From an uncultured Bacteroidales bacterium (GTDB lineage Bacteria > Bacteroidota > Bacteroidia > Bacteroidales > ML635J-15): 64,000 bases of DNA. A program made the position numbers and the translations under genes. Positions within the stretch are counted from its first letter, which is position 1. Every line of letters starts with the position of its first letter. The notes below the pieces were generated by a model. That model did not search any database and was not told where the DNA came from. It saw nothing but the letters and a program-made list of their open reading frames with translations. Of the stretch, positions 38,294 to 47,676 are shown one piece after another. Where the stretch lies: the NCBI GenBank assembly GCA_937982115.1, contig CALJNE010000009.1, positions 24,582 through 88,581 on the forward strand. The letters are read 5' to 3'.

Positions 38294-40385
38294 AATTATA
38301 ATTTCAGTTTTTTCTCTTATTGTGTTATTAGGAGTATTTGTAATTTATTTTGTGGGTCGTAAACTAGATAAATTGTCAACAAAAAACCTGAATTTTAATG
38401 AATTAAAATTTTCCGAACAAGATTCGGGCGTTTATATTTTTGATTTTGAAACCACAATGTATCTTCAAAATACAGGAAAACTTAGCACCGAAAAAGCTTT
38501 TTCAGGCAAATACAGCAGTTATGTTAAAGATTATAATGACTTCAGCACATCTATTTTTATGCCAATGCCGGAATTAGACACAAGCTCAGCATCAAATGTA
38601 AATATCGGATTTTGGCTACTTCCCGAAAGTTCATCAATTAATGCAGTATTTGTACTTTCTATTTTTGATAAAAATAATAATCAAATTTATTGGGAAGGAT
38701 TTCAAATCAACGATAATATTTTTGTAGCAAACAATTGGCAATATTTTGAGAAGAATTTTATTATCCCGAAAGAATGCTTGTCTAAAGAAAATAATCTAAA
38801 AATATATTTGTGGCAAAAAAATAAAAATAATGAAAAAATATTTATTGATGATATATCAATAAATTTTGAATTAAATGAATTAAAAAAACCATGGACATTC
38901 TTCGAAAGTTTCGAAGAATATTCTGGAGAGAAAATCAGTTCTAAAAAAGCAAAAACCGGCTTCTATTCGACAGTTGTAAAAAATGCCAACGACTTTTCCG
39001 CCTCCATGATTTACCCCATGAACAATCTTAAATATAATAATTTGGGATCTATCTTATTAAGTTTCAACATATATTCTGAAGAAAAGAATATAGATGCTGT
39101 TTTTGTTATTACAATAAAAGACTCAATTGGAAATCAATTATTATGGCAGGGTATTCAAATCAATAATACTAATTTTTCTCCCGGAGATTGGAAAATGTAT
39201 AATGCAGTTATAAGCATTCCGGAGGAAATGTGTTCTGCAAAAAATAATATTACGTTTTATCTATGGAACAGAAAAAAAGCAGAAGTTTTCCTCGATGATG
39301 TATATATTATTTTTAAGGAAAGAAATGTGTATGGAATCGAAGAAGAACCCGCATTGGATTTAATGAAGAAAAAAGAATTCAGCAAAGAAAAAAATTCTCC
39401 TCCCTATGACTTTGATTTTGTTTTCAATTATGATATTAATCCAAAATATAAAGGAATTCTAACAAAGATATTTAATGGCAAAAACTTTCATCGCGGCCGA
39501 TTCGACAAAACAAAAAATTTCGATCAGATTTTATATAATTCTAAAAATGGTTTCGAATTGTTTTATTTTAATCAGGGGAATTGTTACTCCGAAAAAATTA
39601 AGTTTTTCCCGGAAATCAAACTCGACTCAAAAATATTCAGCGATGAGGATGTTGTTTTTGTTCAGTCGCTATCTCCAGCTTATCTAGTAAATATTTATAC
39701 CTATAATCCCTCAAAAAAAGAATTTGAATTAATCAATCAATTAAAAATTGAAAAAACAGAAAATTCAAACATCGCTTATATAAGTAAAAATTCTACGGAT
39801 TCTTACAGTATTGTTTTTGAAAATGGCGTTATTCAAAACTATCTTCAAAATCAAAATGCAGAGCTAAAATATAAGTCAAACTCCAGAATACTTCCCTCAA
39901 ATACAACTAGAGTAAAAGTTTTAAAAGCCGGTTTTCTTGGTAATGGCAAAAGACAATTATTATTGATATATCAGGAGAATAACCTCACTTTTTATTTATT
40001 GCTTGATTATCTTAATAACAATTGGCAATTATCTCCTCATCACTCAAATAACAAGAGCATTTTTAAAGACAATCTGGATTTTAACAGCGATTTCCAGGTA
40101 TTGTCGGGAATGAGAAAAGAAAAAGATCTCTTATTGCAGTTAAACAGAGATAAACGATTTGAATTAAAAATGATTGAATTCTCAAGAGAAACTTACGAAA
40201 TTTTGAAACTTATTGAATTTAAAGATTTTCCACACCGACAAAATCCTAAATATTACGAAATAATAAAATACTTAACTGGAGACTTTTTGGGAGAAGGGGA
40301 ATCTCAGATTTTTATTTTTCAAGATAATAAAACAAAAACAGACTGGTTGGTTCAAAAAACTGAGTTGTATTATTTTAAAGATTGA
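38277..40385 (+). CDS. TM-anchored protein with two tandem beta-sandwich (CBM-like) repeats and FG-GAP-like C-terminal half; function unknown
   Basis: 702 aa from ATG 38277, which overlaps the GT2 stop. It has an N-terminal TM anchor (IIISVFSLIVLLGVFVIYFV). Repeats at aa 52-198 and 206-347 share a pattern (KA.sGxYSxxVK..NDFSxSxxxPM..., IDAVFV..I.D..., W.G.QIN, IFIDD/VFLDD). C-terminal motifs are AGFLGNGKRQLLLIY and TGDFLGEGESQIFIF. Confidence 0.55.
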   Translation: MTARNKIIISVFSLIVLLGVFVIYFVGRKLDKLSTKNLNFNELKFSEQDSGVYIFDFETTMYLQNTGKLSTEKAFSGKYSSYVKDYNDFSTSIFMPMPELDTSSASNVNIGFWLLPESSSINAVFVLSIFDKNNNQIYWEGFQINDNIFVANNWQYFEKNFIIPKECLSKENNLKIYLWQKNKNNEKIFIDDISINFELNELKKPWTFFESFEEYSGEKISSKKAKTGFYSTVVKNANDFSASMIYPMNNLKYNNLGSILLSFNIYSEEKNIDAVFVITIKDSIGNQLLWQGIQINNTNFSPGDWKMYNAVISIPEEMCSAKNNITFYLWNRKKAEVFLDDVYIIFKERNVYGIEEEPALDLMKKKEFSKEKNSPPYDFDFVFNYDINPKYKGILTKIFNGKNFHRGRFDKTKNFDQILYNSKNGFELFYFNQGNCYSEKIKFFPEIKLDSKIFSDEDVVFVQSLSPAYLVNIYTYNPSKKEFELINQLKIEKTENSNIAYISKNSTDSYSIVFENGVIQNYLQNQNAELKYKSNSRILPSNTTRVKVLKAGFLGNGKRQLLLIYQENNLTFYLLLDYLNNNWQLSPHHSNNKSIFKDNLDFNSDFQVLSGMRKEKDLLLQLNRDKRFELKMIEFSRETYEILKLIEFKDFPHRQNPKYYEIIKYLTGDFLGEGESQIFIFQDNKTKTDWLVQKTELYYFKD
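38430..39317 (+). repeat. Intragenic tandem duplication (2 x ~145 aa beta-sandwich module)
   Basis: The protein-level repeat was aligned by eye: aa 52-198 against aa 206-347 of the 38277 ORF. Confidence 0.6.
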
Positions 40386-40387
40386 TT

Positions 40388-42310
40388 ATGAAAGGATATA
40401 AACTAATTTACATTTTATTTGTTTCCATAGTTTTCACATTTTCCTGTAAAAATGACAAATCGAAAATTTCGGATAAAATAATTATTAAAGACATTAAAGT
40501 ACCTGCAAATTATTCGTCTGCAACAATCTGGATGGATTATGAAAATGCTATTATTACCGGTTTTATTATTCCATCAAAAAAACAAACTACAAACGGATAT
40601 TTTAATTTTGAATTTACAATAAAAAACAATTCGGATAAAGAAGATGAGTATTATTACAAGATTTATTATCAAAACGAATCCTACAAATGGCCTGAAGTTT
40701 CAAAAACAAATCCAATTTTGCAACATGAATTTGCCCACGAAAACTTTTACGGAAGCTGGGAAGATACTAACATAGAATTCAAATTTGCAGGAAAAATAAA
40801 ACCTGGAGAAACTGCTAATATCACTGATAGCTTCAGGATAGTTGGTAATCCGCGTAATGAAGAGAAATATTTCTGGGAAGGAGAAAACGACAGGTGGAAA
40901 AGAAATCCGAGAGTCGGAGATTATAGTTTTATGATTGTTGCAGTTAATAAAAATGACTTAGGTAAAATTCCCGAATACATCAAAAACATCAATCTCACAA
41001 AAAACAATACTTTTATAAATCCGTTTTACTACTTCAGATTTGGAGATGGGAAGAAATTTGAAAACATTAAAGTGGAATATATTCCAAAATTTATAAATAT
41101 AAAAGCCTCTCCTGATCTGGGGAAAGGTATTTATGCTCGAGAATGGGAATTTGAAAACAAAAATTCCAAAGATTTCAGGAAGTTTTATTCTTGTACTTGC
41201 GGCACTGATGATGAATTATACAGAAATGCTCCGGTTTTACAGTTTATTCACTATATTGATGAAAGCTCAAAATTTGACAATATTCCGGTTATTGCAGATA
41301 TTTTTGACGGCAGCTTTACAAAAGAAGAATATAACTGGGTAAGAGCTTTTTACAAAACAAAAGACAGAATAAGAGTTTTGCCAAAAACCGCTCCTCAACC
41401 TTGTGAAATTATACATTGCGATACTATAAACAGAAAAATTATCATTCGAAATCCGAAATCTGAATTTGGCAACTGGCAAAAACAAAATGCGGGAATGATT
41501 ACAAGGCATGGGTTTACTTACGGAAAATTTACGGTTAAAGCAAAACTTACACGGCTGCTTAATGATGACGGAGTCTGGAATGGCATAACGAATGCTATCT
41601 GGTTAATATATCAAGGAGGAAGAGGAGAAGCCGAAACAGGGTGGAATCTTCGTCGTCCGTGCCGTAAGAAAGGCTATATGAAAACATACTGGGGAGGACG
41701 CCTCGACGATAGAGTTGAACGTGTTGCTTACAGCGAAATAGATTTTGAAATTTTAAAAACTGTACCTTATTGTCCTGATGGTTGCTATCCTCCAATTTAT
41801 GAAAATTTCGAAGGCATCCCTACGAAAATCAACGCATGGAATATTAAACTTCCGGACGATGTTTTAAAAGATGACAAAAACATTGCCGTGTGTTGTACTA
41901 ACTGGGATATGGCCTGCTGGGAGCCTGAAAATTTTGGAACAGGTTGCCATCCTGTTAAACATGGCAATAAAACATATTTAGCTCATCGTTGGGAAGATGT
42001 TTACAGAGCTGTAACAACCAAATATATGGCTCCGGACAAAGAATTATTCGGCAGAGATTACTATTATTTTCAGATTGACTGGCAACCGGACAAAATAATT
42101 TGGAGAATAGGTCCCGAAAAAGACAAACTTTATGAAGTGGGATATATTGATTATACTGTATCAATGATTCCGGATAACCAGATGCTTTTAATCGTTACTC
42201 AGGAATTTCACAACACCAACTGGTGGCCTGGTTCACCATATTTACAAGAAAACATCCCATTCCCAGCAAAAGACTATGTAGGAGAGATTTTAGAAATAAC
42301 TATAGAATAA
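40388..42310 (+). CDS. Lipoprotein with C-terminal GH16-like (concanavalin-A-fold glucanase/transglycosylase) domain
   Basis: Lipobox VFTFSC. The C-terminal half has NAIWLIY and YSEIDFEILK (E-I-D-F-E at 41735-41749), which match the GH16 E-x-D-x(x)-E catalytic strand. The N-terminal ~330 aa are unassigned. Confidence 0.5.
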   Translation: MKGYKLIYILFVSIVFTFSCKNDKSKISDKIIIKDIKVPANYSSATIWMDYENAIITGFIIPSKKQTTNGYFNFEFTIKNNSDKEDEYYYKIYYQNESYKWPEVSKTNPILQHEFAHENFYGSWEDTNIEFKFAGKIKPGETANITDSFRIVGNPRNEEKYFWEGENDRWKRNPRVGDYSFMIVAVNKNDLGKIPEYIKNINLTKNNTFINPFYYFRFGDGKKFENIKVEYIPKFINIKASPDLGKGIYAREWEFENKNSKDFRKFYSCTCGTDDELYRNAPVLQFIHYIDESSKFDNIPVIADIFDGSFTKEEYNWVRAFYKTKDRIRVLPKTAPQPCEIIHCDTINRKIIIRNPKSEFGNWQKQNAGMITRHGFTYGKFTVKAKLTRLLNDDGVWNGITNAIWLIYQGGRGEAETGWNLRRPCRKKGYMKTYWGGRLDDRVERVAYSEIDFEILKTVPYCPDGCYPPIYENFEGIPTKINAWNIKLPDDVLKDDKNIAVCCTNWDMACWEPENFGTGCHPVKHGNKTYLAHRWEDVYRAVTTKYMAPDKELFGRDYYYFQIDWQPDKIIWRIGPEKDKLYEVGYIDYTVSMIPDNQMLLIVTQEFHNTNWWPGSPYLQENIPFPAKDYVGEILEITIE

Positions 42311-42323
42311 AAATGCTGCCAAA

Positions 42324-43016
42324 ATGAGTAAAAATTATAAAGCAAAAATACTCCTAGTGGATGACGATACCGATATTTTGGAATTTTTATCGTACAATTT
42401 GAAAAAAGAAAATTATAAAGTTTACACAGCCGAAAATGGCGAAGAAGCTATTGAAAAATCTTTGAAACACAATCCGGACTTAATCCTGCTGGATGTAATG
42501 ATGCCAAAAAAAGATGGTATGGATGTTTGCAAAGAATTAAGAGCAAATCCTAAACTTGATGATATAATTATTTGTTTTCTAACAGCTCGGAACGAAGATT
42601 ACAGTCAAATTGTCGGATTTGAAGCCGGTGCAGATGATTATGTAGCCAAACCTATTAAACCTTCAGTGTTAATAAAAAGAATTGAAGCCTTGTTGAAACG
42701 AAAAACAAGAAAACAAGAGCCCGAAAATAAAGTTTTTATCTCAGGAGATTTAAAAATTGATTTCGAAGCAAGAGTTGTTTTTGTCGGAAAAAAAGAAATT
42801 TTATTGCCAAAGAAAGAATTTAAATTACTAAAACTCCTTGTATCACAACCCGGAAAAGTTTTTACCCGTGACGAAATTTATTCCAAAGTTTGGGGCAATG
42901 ATGTAATTGTAGGAGACCGAACTATTGATGTTCACATTAAAAAGTTAAGAGAAAAAATCGGTAACGATTACATTACCACTATAAAAGCAGTAGGTTATAA
43001 ACTTAATGCAGAATAA
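42324..43016 (+). CDS. OmpR/PhoB-family response regulator
   Basis: Receiver domain (ILLVDDD, DLILLDVMMP, phospho-Asp context, K in AKPI) plus a winged-helix output domain (RTIDVHIKKLREKI). Confidence 0.9.
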   Translation: MSKNYKAKILLVDDDTDILEFLSYNLKKENYKVYTAENGEEAIEKSLKHNPDLILLDVMMPKKDGMDVCKELRANPKLDDIIICFLTARNEDYSQIVGFEAGADDYVAKPIKPSVLIKRIEALLKRKTRKQEPENKVFISGDLKIDFEARVVFVGKKEILLPKKEFKLLKLLVSQPGKVFTRDEIYSKVWGNDVIVGDRTIDVHIKKLREKIGNDYITTIKAVGYKLNAE

Positions 43017-44070
43017 TATGTTAAAAGAATATAGTGCAAATAACATTTCGTTTTATTTTTCATTCTTTCTAAGTATATTCATCGGAATTTTACTATTCAT
43101 TGGAGATTTGATTTTTAGTTTCGAAGTTAATTGGAATGTTGCTTTAATCTACTTCCTGATAGCTTTTATTTTTTCTTTTCTTTTGTTGCGAACAATGATT
43201 TTATCATTTCTTTACAAGAGGATAAGACTAATCTATAAAACAATTAATCAGCACAAGACAGGAAAACCCGGGAATCCCGAAAAATTCAATTACAGCACAG
43301 ACCTTATCCGACAAGTTAATTCAGATGTTAATCGCTGGATGGAAGAACAAGAACAAAAAATGAACGAACTCATAAACTTGAGTAATTATCGTAAAGAATT
43401 TGTGGGAAATGTATCGCACGAGTTAAAAACTCCAATCTTTAACATTCAAGGTTACACTATTACCTTGCTCGAAGGAGGATTAAAAGACGATAGCATAAAC
43501 GAAAAATATCTGCGAAAAATTGAAAAAAACATTAATCGAATGATTAATATTGTAACCGACCTTGATTCAATTACAAAGTTAGAATCGGGACAACTTAAAC
43601 TCAGGATGCAATCATTCAATCCGGTGGAGATTTGCAAGGATTGCATCGAAGCCGTAGAAGAAATCAGCAAAGAGAAAAAAATAAAAATCGAAATAATTAA
43701 ACATTACGACAAAAATTATTATTGCATTGGTGACAAAGAGTACATTCGTCAAGTTTTTTCAAATTTAATTATCAATGCTATAAACTACAACAACGAAGGA
43801 GGTTTCGTAAAAGCCGAATTTTTTGATATGGATGAGAACATCCTTGTAGAAATTACAGATAATGGTATTGGTATTCCTGCAGAAGATTTGCCTCGAATTT
43901 TTGAAAGATTTTACAGAGTTGACAAAAGCAGGTCATTAAACAGCGGAGGATCCGGATTAGGACTCGCTATTGTAAAACATATTATCGAAGCACACGGACA
44001 AAAAGTCAATGCAAGAAGTACTCTTGGTGTTGGGACAACAATAGCTTTTACTCTACAACGAGATATGTAA
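43006..44070 (+). CDS. Sensor histidine kinase (two TM, HisKA + HATPase_c)
   Basis: H-box VSHELKTP, N-box NLIINAINYN, G-boxes DNGIGIP and GGSGLGLAIV. Overlaps the regulator stop by 11 nt. Confidence 0.9.
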   Translation: MQNNMLKEYSANNISFYFSFFLSIFIGILLFIGDLIFSFEVNWNVALIYFLIAFIFSFLLLRTMILSFLYKRIRLIYKTINQHKTGKPGNPEKFNYSTDLIRQVNSDVNRWMEEQEQKMNELINLSNYRKEFVGNVSHELKTPIFNIQGYTITLLEGGLKDDSINEKYLRKIEKNINRMINIVTDLDSITKLESGQLKLRMQSFNPVEICKDCIEAVEEISKEKKIKIEIIKHYDKNYYCIGDKEYIRQVFSNLIINAINYNNEGGFVKAEFFDMDENILVEITDNGIGIPAEDLPRIFERFYRVDKSRSLNSGGSGLGLAIVKHIIEAHGQKVNARSTLGVGTTIAFTLQRDM

Positions 44071-44122
44071 ACAAGTGCATAAATATTACACAGTCTCGGC
44101 CTTAACTGTAATCAAATAATTT

Positions 44123-44130
44123 TAATTTTG
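44123..44130 (+). promoter_or_regulatory. -7 box TAnnTTTG upstream of EamA gene
   Basis: taattttg lies 14 nt before ATG 44144. Confidence 0.4.
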
Positions 44131-44143
44131 CCGAAAATTTTTT

Positions 44144-45055
44144 ATGTTTAATAATTATTACGGTGAAATTTTTGCGATTCTTACTTCATTTTGTTGGACA
44201 GTAAGTGCTTTGAGTTACGAATATGCTGGCAAAAGAATAGGCAGCGTACCGATGAACATGATAAGAATGTTTATTGCTCTTGGTTACATGAGTCTATTCC
44301 TGTTTATAACACGAGGATTTGTTGTTCCTGCACATATTCCGATAAATAATTGGATTTGGTTGCTTATTTCAGGACTTGTAGGTTTTGTTGTTGGAGATAT
44401 AATGTTGTTTCAATCATTTGTTGTAATAGGTGCTCGCCTTTCGATGTTGGTAATGTCTTTAGTACCTCCTCTGGCTGCAATTTTCGGGATTTTGATACTC
44501 AACGAAAAAATGAGTTATTTTCAGGTTTTTGCAATGTTAGTTACAATTTCAGGTATTGCAATAGTTGTGTATTTTGGTCGAAGAAATCGCAAAAATACAG
44601 AACCCGAAGCAAAAAATCTTTTCACGCGATTAAAAGGATTCTTGCTTGCATTTGGCGGGGCAGCCGGACAAGCCGGCGGATTAGTTTTGAGTAAAAAAGG
44701 AATGTCAGGATATGACGCTTTTGAATCAACTCAAATAAGAATAATTGCAGGTGTAATTGGCTATATAATTATAATTTCATCATTCAAACTTTGGCGAAAA
44801 ACATTTGAGGGATTAAAAAACAAAGCGGCAATTGGAGCCGTATCTCTTGGTTCGTTCATTGGTCCTTTCATAGGAGTTAGTTTCTCGTTAATTGCACTAA
44901 AACACACTTCGGCAGGAATCGCAGCAACTTTAACTTCTCTTGCTCCGGTTATCATTATTTATCCATCCATGTTAATAAACAAAGAAAAAATAAAACCTTT
45001 TGAAGTAATCGGAACTATCATTTCTATAATTGGAGTAGCATTGTTTTTTATGTAA
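44144..45055 (+). CDS. DMT superfamily (EamA-type) transporter
   Basis: 303 aa with 10 predicted TM segments in two EamA-like halves. Confidence 0.8.
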   Translation: MFNNYYGEIFAILTSFCWTVSALSYEYAGKRIGSVPMNMIRMFIALGYMSLFLFITRGFVVPAHIPINNWIWLLISGLVGFVVGDIMLFQSFVVIGARLSMLVMSLVPPLAAIFGILILNEKMSYFQVFAMLVTISGIAIVVYFGRRNRKNTEPEAKNLFTRLKGFLLAFGGAAGQAGGLVLSKKGMSGYDAFESTQIRIIAGVIGYIIIISSFKLWRKTFEGLKNKAAIGAVSLGSFIGPFIGVSFSLIALKHTSAGIAATLTSLAPVIIIYPSMLINKEKIKPFEVIGTIISIIGVALFFM

Positions 45056-45146
45056 GGAAAATTACTCAGATGTTTAGTTTCTCGTCCTAAAGTAGGTTTT
45101 TACAAAAAAGAATAAAATTATAGCTGGAAGAGTTATATTTTTCCAA

Positions 45147-46262
45147 TTACTTAATTTTTCTGCCCTTCCACAAAGGCTTATAGAATATAGAAATTAATGC
45201 AGTGCTGATAATGTATATCGGATGAAATAATTCAAGCAAAATAAAAACCTGTAAAAGTTTTTTCTGTTTATAAAAATCAGTTACTGTTATTAAAAATAAG
45301 AAGTCTATTGATAACTTCATAAAAATAAGCCATGGGTAAAATTCAGTATTTTGTGTAAAAAAAATAATTACTATAGAGAATAAAAGTGCAAATGACATTA
45401 TGAATCCAGTAATGGAGACATAAATTGCAAAAAAATCCCGGTATCCTTTAATTTTTGATGCCCATCGTAAACGTTGACTGAAAAATTCTTTTAAAGATTC
45501 AGGTGCTTTTGTTCTGACAATAGCCTCATACGAGTTGCAAAATGTAACCTTATGCTTTTGTTTTACTTTATGCAGCAAAAAAACATCATCTCCGGATGAA
45601 AATTCATCCTTTATAAATGGCATGGAATCATGATAAATATTTTTATAAACTGCATAATTTGCACCGTTACACATAAAAGGTTTATGAACGAAAAAAGATG
45701 CTGCTCCAATTCCTGTCAAACTTAAAAATTCGAGTTTAATAATCTCGGTGAACAAATTTTCTTTTCCATAAAACTCAACAGGTCCGCAAACCATTTGAGA
45801 ATTATTACTTTGAAACTGACTCAACAATGTGTATAACCAATTTTCGGGGACAACACAATCCGCATCGGTAAAAGCAAGTATATTTCCTTTTGAATTAAAA
45901 AATCCGAATTTTAAGGACTCTTTTTTCCCTATCTTTCCATCAGGCAATTGCAAAACTCTAAATTTATCGTCAATTGTCTGCAAAGCTATGTCAATAGTTT
46001 TATCTTCGGAATGGTCGTCAATAAGTAGTACTTCGTAGTTACTAATTCCTTTCTGGTGTTTAAGACTCCGTATAAGAGCCTCAATGTTTTTTTCTTCGTT
46101 TCTTACAGCAACAATTACACTTACAAAATACTGGGATAAAATACTCTTTTGTTTTTCAGTATATTTAATTTTACGTGTAGCAAAAAAAACAGCAAAAATT
46201 AAGAACAGTAACACATAGTTTACTGTGGATATAATAAAAAAATATAGAATAAAATTTTCCAT
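45147..46262 (-). CDS. Membrane-integrated family 2 glycosyltransferase with processive-type QxxRW motif
   Basis: Motifs VSVIVAVRNEE, IDDHSED, TDADCV and QRLRWASK, with an N-terminal TM segment and several C-terminal TM segments. Confidence 0.8.
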   Translation of the reverse strand: MENFILYFFIISTVNYVLLFLIFAVFFATRKIKYTEKQKSILSQYFVSVIVAVRNEEKNIEALIRSLKHQKGISNYEVLLIDDHSEDKTIDIALQTIDDKFRVLQLPDGKIGKKESLKFGFFNSKGNILAFTDADCVVPENWLYTLLSQFQSNNSQMVCGPVEFYGKENLFTEIIKLEFLSLTGIGAASFFVHKPFMCNGANYAVYKNIYHDSMPFIKDEFSSGDDVFLLHKVKQKHKVTFCNSYEAIVRTKAPESLKEFFSQRLRWASKIKGYRDFFAIYVSITGFIMSFALLFSIVIIFFTQNTEFYPWLIFMKLSIDFLFLITVTDFYKQKKLLQVFILLELFHPIYIISTALISIFYKPLWKGRKIK

Positions 46263-46324
46263 AAAAACAAAAAAGTTCGTTCAGGAAATTTCCGGAAACG
46301 AACTTTTTAAAGAGTTTTTAAATA

Positions 46325-47572
46325 TTATAATTTATGAATTACCAAACCTGAGCGTAATTTCGGCTCAAACCAGGTTGTTTTAGGCGGCATGATATTACCT
46401 GTATCGGCTATTTTAATAAGCTGATCCATAGAAACCGGATACAGTGCAAAAGCAACTTTCATTTCTCCGCTGTCAACTCTTTTCTTTAATTCACCTAAGC
46501 CTCTGATACCTCCGACAAAGTCAATTCGTTTGCTTGTTCTCAAATCCGAAATGCCGAGAATATTATCAAGAACATATTTTGAAAGCACATTCACATCAAG
46601 AGTTTCGAGAGGATCGTCATCATTGTATGTATGTGGTTTTGCATTTAATTTATACCAGCGACCATCGAGGTACATACTAAATTCGTGATGAGCAGATGGT
46701 TTGTAAATTTCCGTTCCCATATCCTGAACAAAGAAATCCTGTACCAAACGGTTCATAAAGTCTTCCGAGCTGAGTCCGTTGAGGTCTTTAACAACGCGAT
46801 TGTAGTCAATAATTTTCAATTGATTGTCAGGGAAATATACTGCCATAAAATAGCAATATTCTTCTTCTCCTGTATGATTAGGATTTTTTTCAGCTCTTTC
46901 TTTACCGATTCTTGATGCAGCTGCTGTACGATGGTGCCCGTCGGCAACATATACATAAGGAACTTTAGTTGCAAATAATTCTTCGATTCTTTTATTTATT
47001 TCCTGATCATAGATTACCCAGAAATGATGTCCAAAACCATCTTCGGCAACAAAATCATATTCCGGGTCCTGATTTTTAACTATATTTTCAACGATCTGAT
47101 CGAGTTCTTCAATAGCTTTATAAGAGAAAAATACAGGCTCAATATTGGCATTGGTATAGTTTGTAAGAATCATTCTGTCTTCTTCTTTATCAGGACGAGT
47201 TAATTCGTGTTTTTTGATTATGCCGTTGAAGTAATCTTCAAAATGAGCACAACCTACAATACCATATTGAGTACGGACTTCCATAGTTTGAGCATAAATA
47301 TAAAATCTTCTTTCTGGATCTTCCTTAAGCCATCCGTTTTCCTGCATTTTTTTGAAATTTTCAACAGCTTTTTCATAAACAACTTCGCTATGAATGTCTG
47401 TACCTGCAGGTAAATCAATTTCTGCTCTTGTAACGTGCAATAAAGATTCTGGTTTTCCGTCTGCCATCTGAGCAGCTTCTTCGCTATTCATTACATCATA
47501 AGGTAAACACGAAACTCTTTCAACAATTTCTTTCGGCGGACGAAGCCCTTTAAATGGTTTTACTATTGTCAT
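46325..47572 (-). CDS. DUF1015 family protein
   Basis: 415 aa. N-terminus VKPFKGLRPP...LPYDV and a central ADGHHR motif, typical of DUF1015. Confidence 0.75.
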   Translation of the reverse strand: MTIVKPFKGLRPPKEIVERVSCLPYDVMNSEEAAQMADGKPESLLHVTRAEIDLPAGTDIHSEVVYEKAVENFKKMQENGWLKEDPERRFYIYAQTMEVRTQYGIVGCAHFEDYFNGIIKKHELTRPDKEEDRMILTNYTNANIEPVFFSYKAIEELDQIVENIVKNQDPEYDFVAEDGFGHHFWVIYDQEINKRIEELFATKVPYVYVADGHHRTAAASRIGKERAEKNPNHTGEEEYCYFMAVYFPDNQLKIIDYNRVVKDLNGLSSEDFMNRLVQDFFVQDMGTEIYKPSAHHEFSMYLDGRWYKLNAKPHTYNDDDPLETLDVNVLSKYVLDNILGISDLRTSKRIDFVGGIRGLGELKKRVDSGEMKVAFALYPVSMDQLIKIADTGNIMPPKTTWFEPKLRSGLVIHKL

Positions 47573-47676
47573 ATCTCAAATTATTTAGTTTTTTAATTAA
47601 ATTTCGGCAAATATATTCAATTCAATCAATTAAAAAAATATATTTACAACATAATAGTATTACAAAAAAGTTAAAG

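Noticed and set aside
45080-45091. 12-mer tctcgtcctaaa matching one arm of the 55.2-kb inverted repeat, as evidence of a dispersed repeat family
   Set aside because: A single 12-nt match is expected by chance many times in 64 kb on two strands, and no extended similarity surrounds it.
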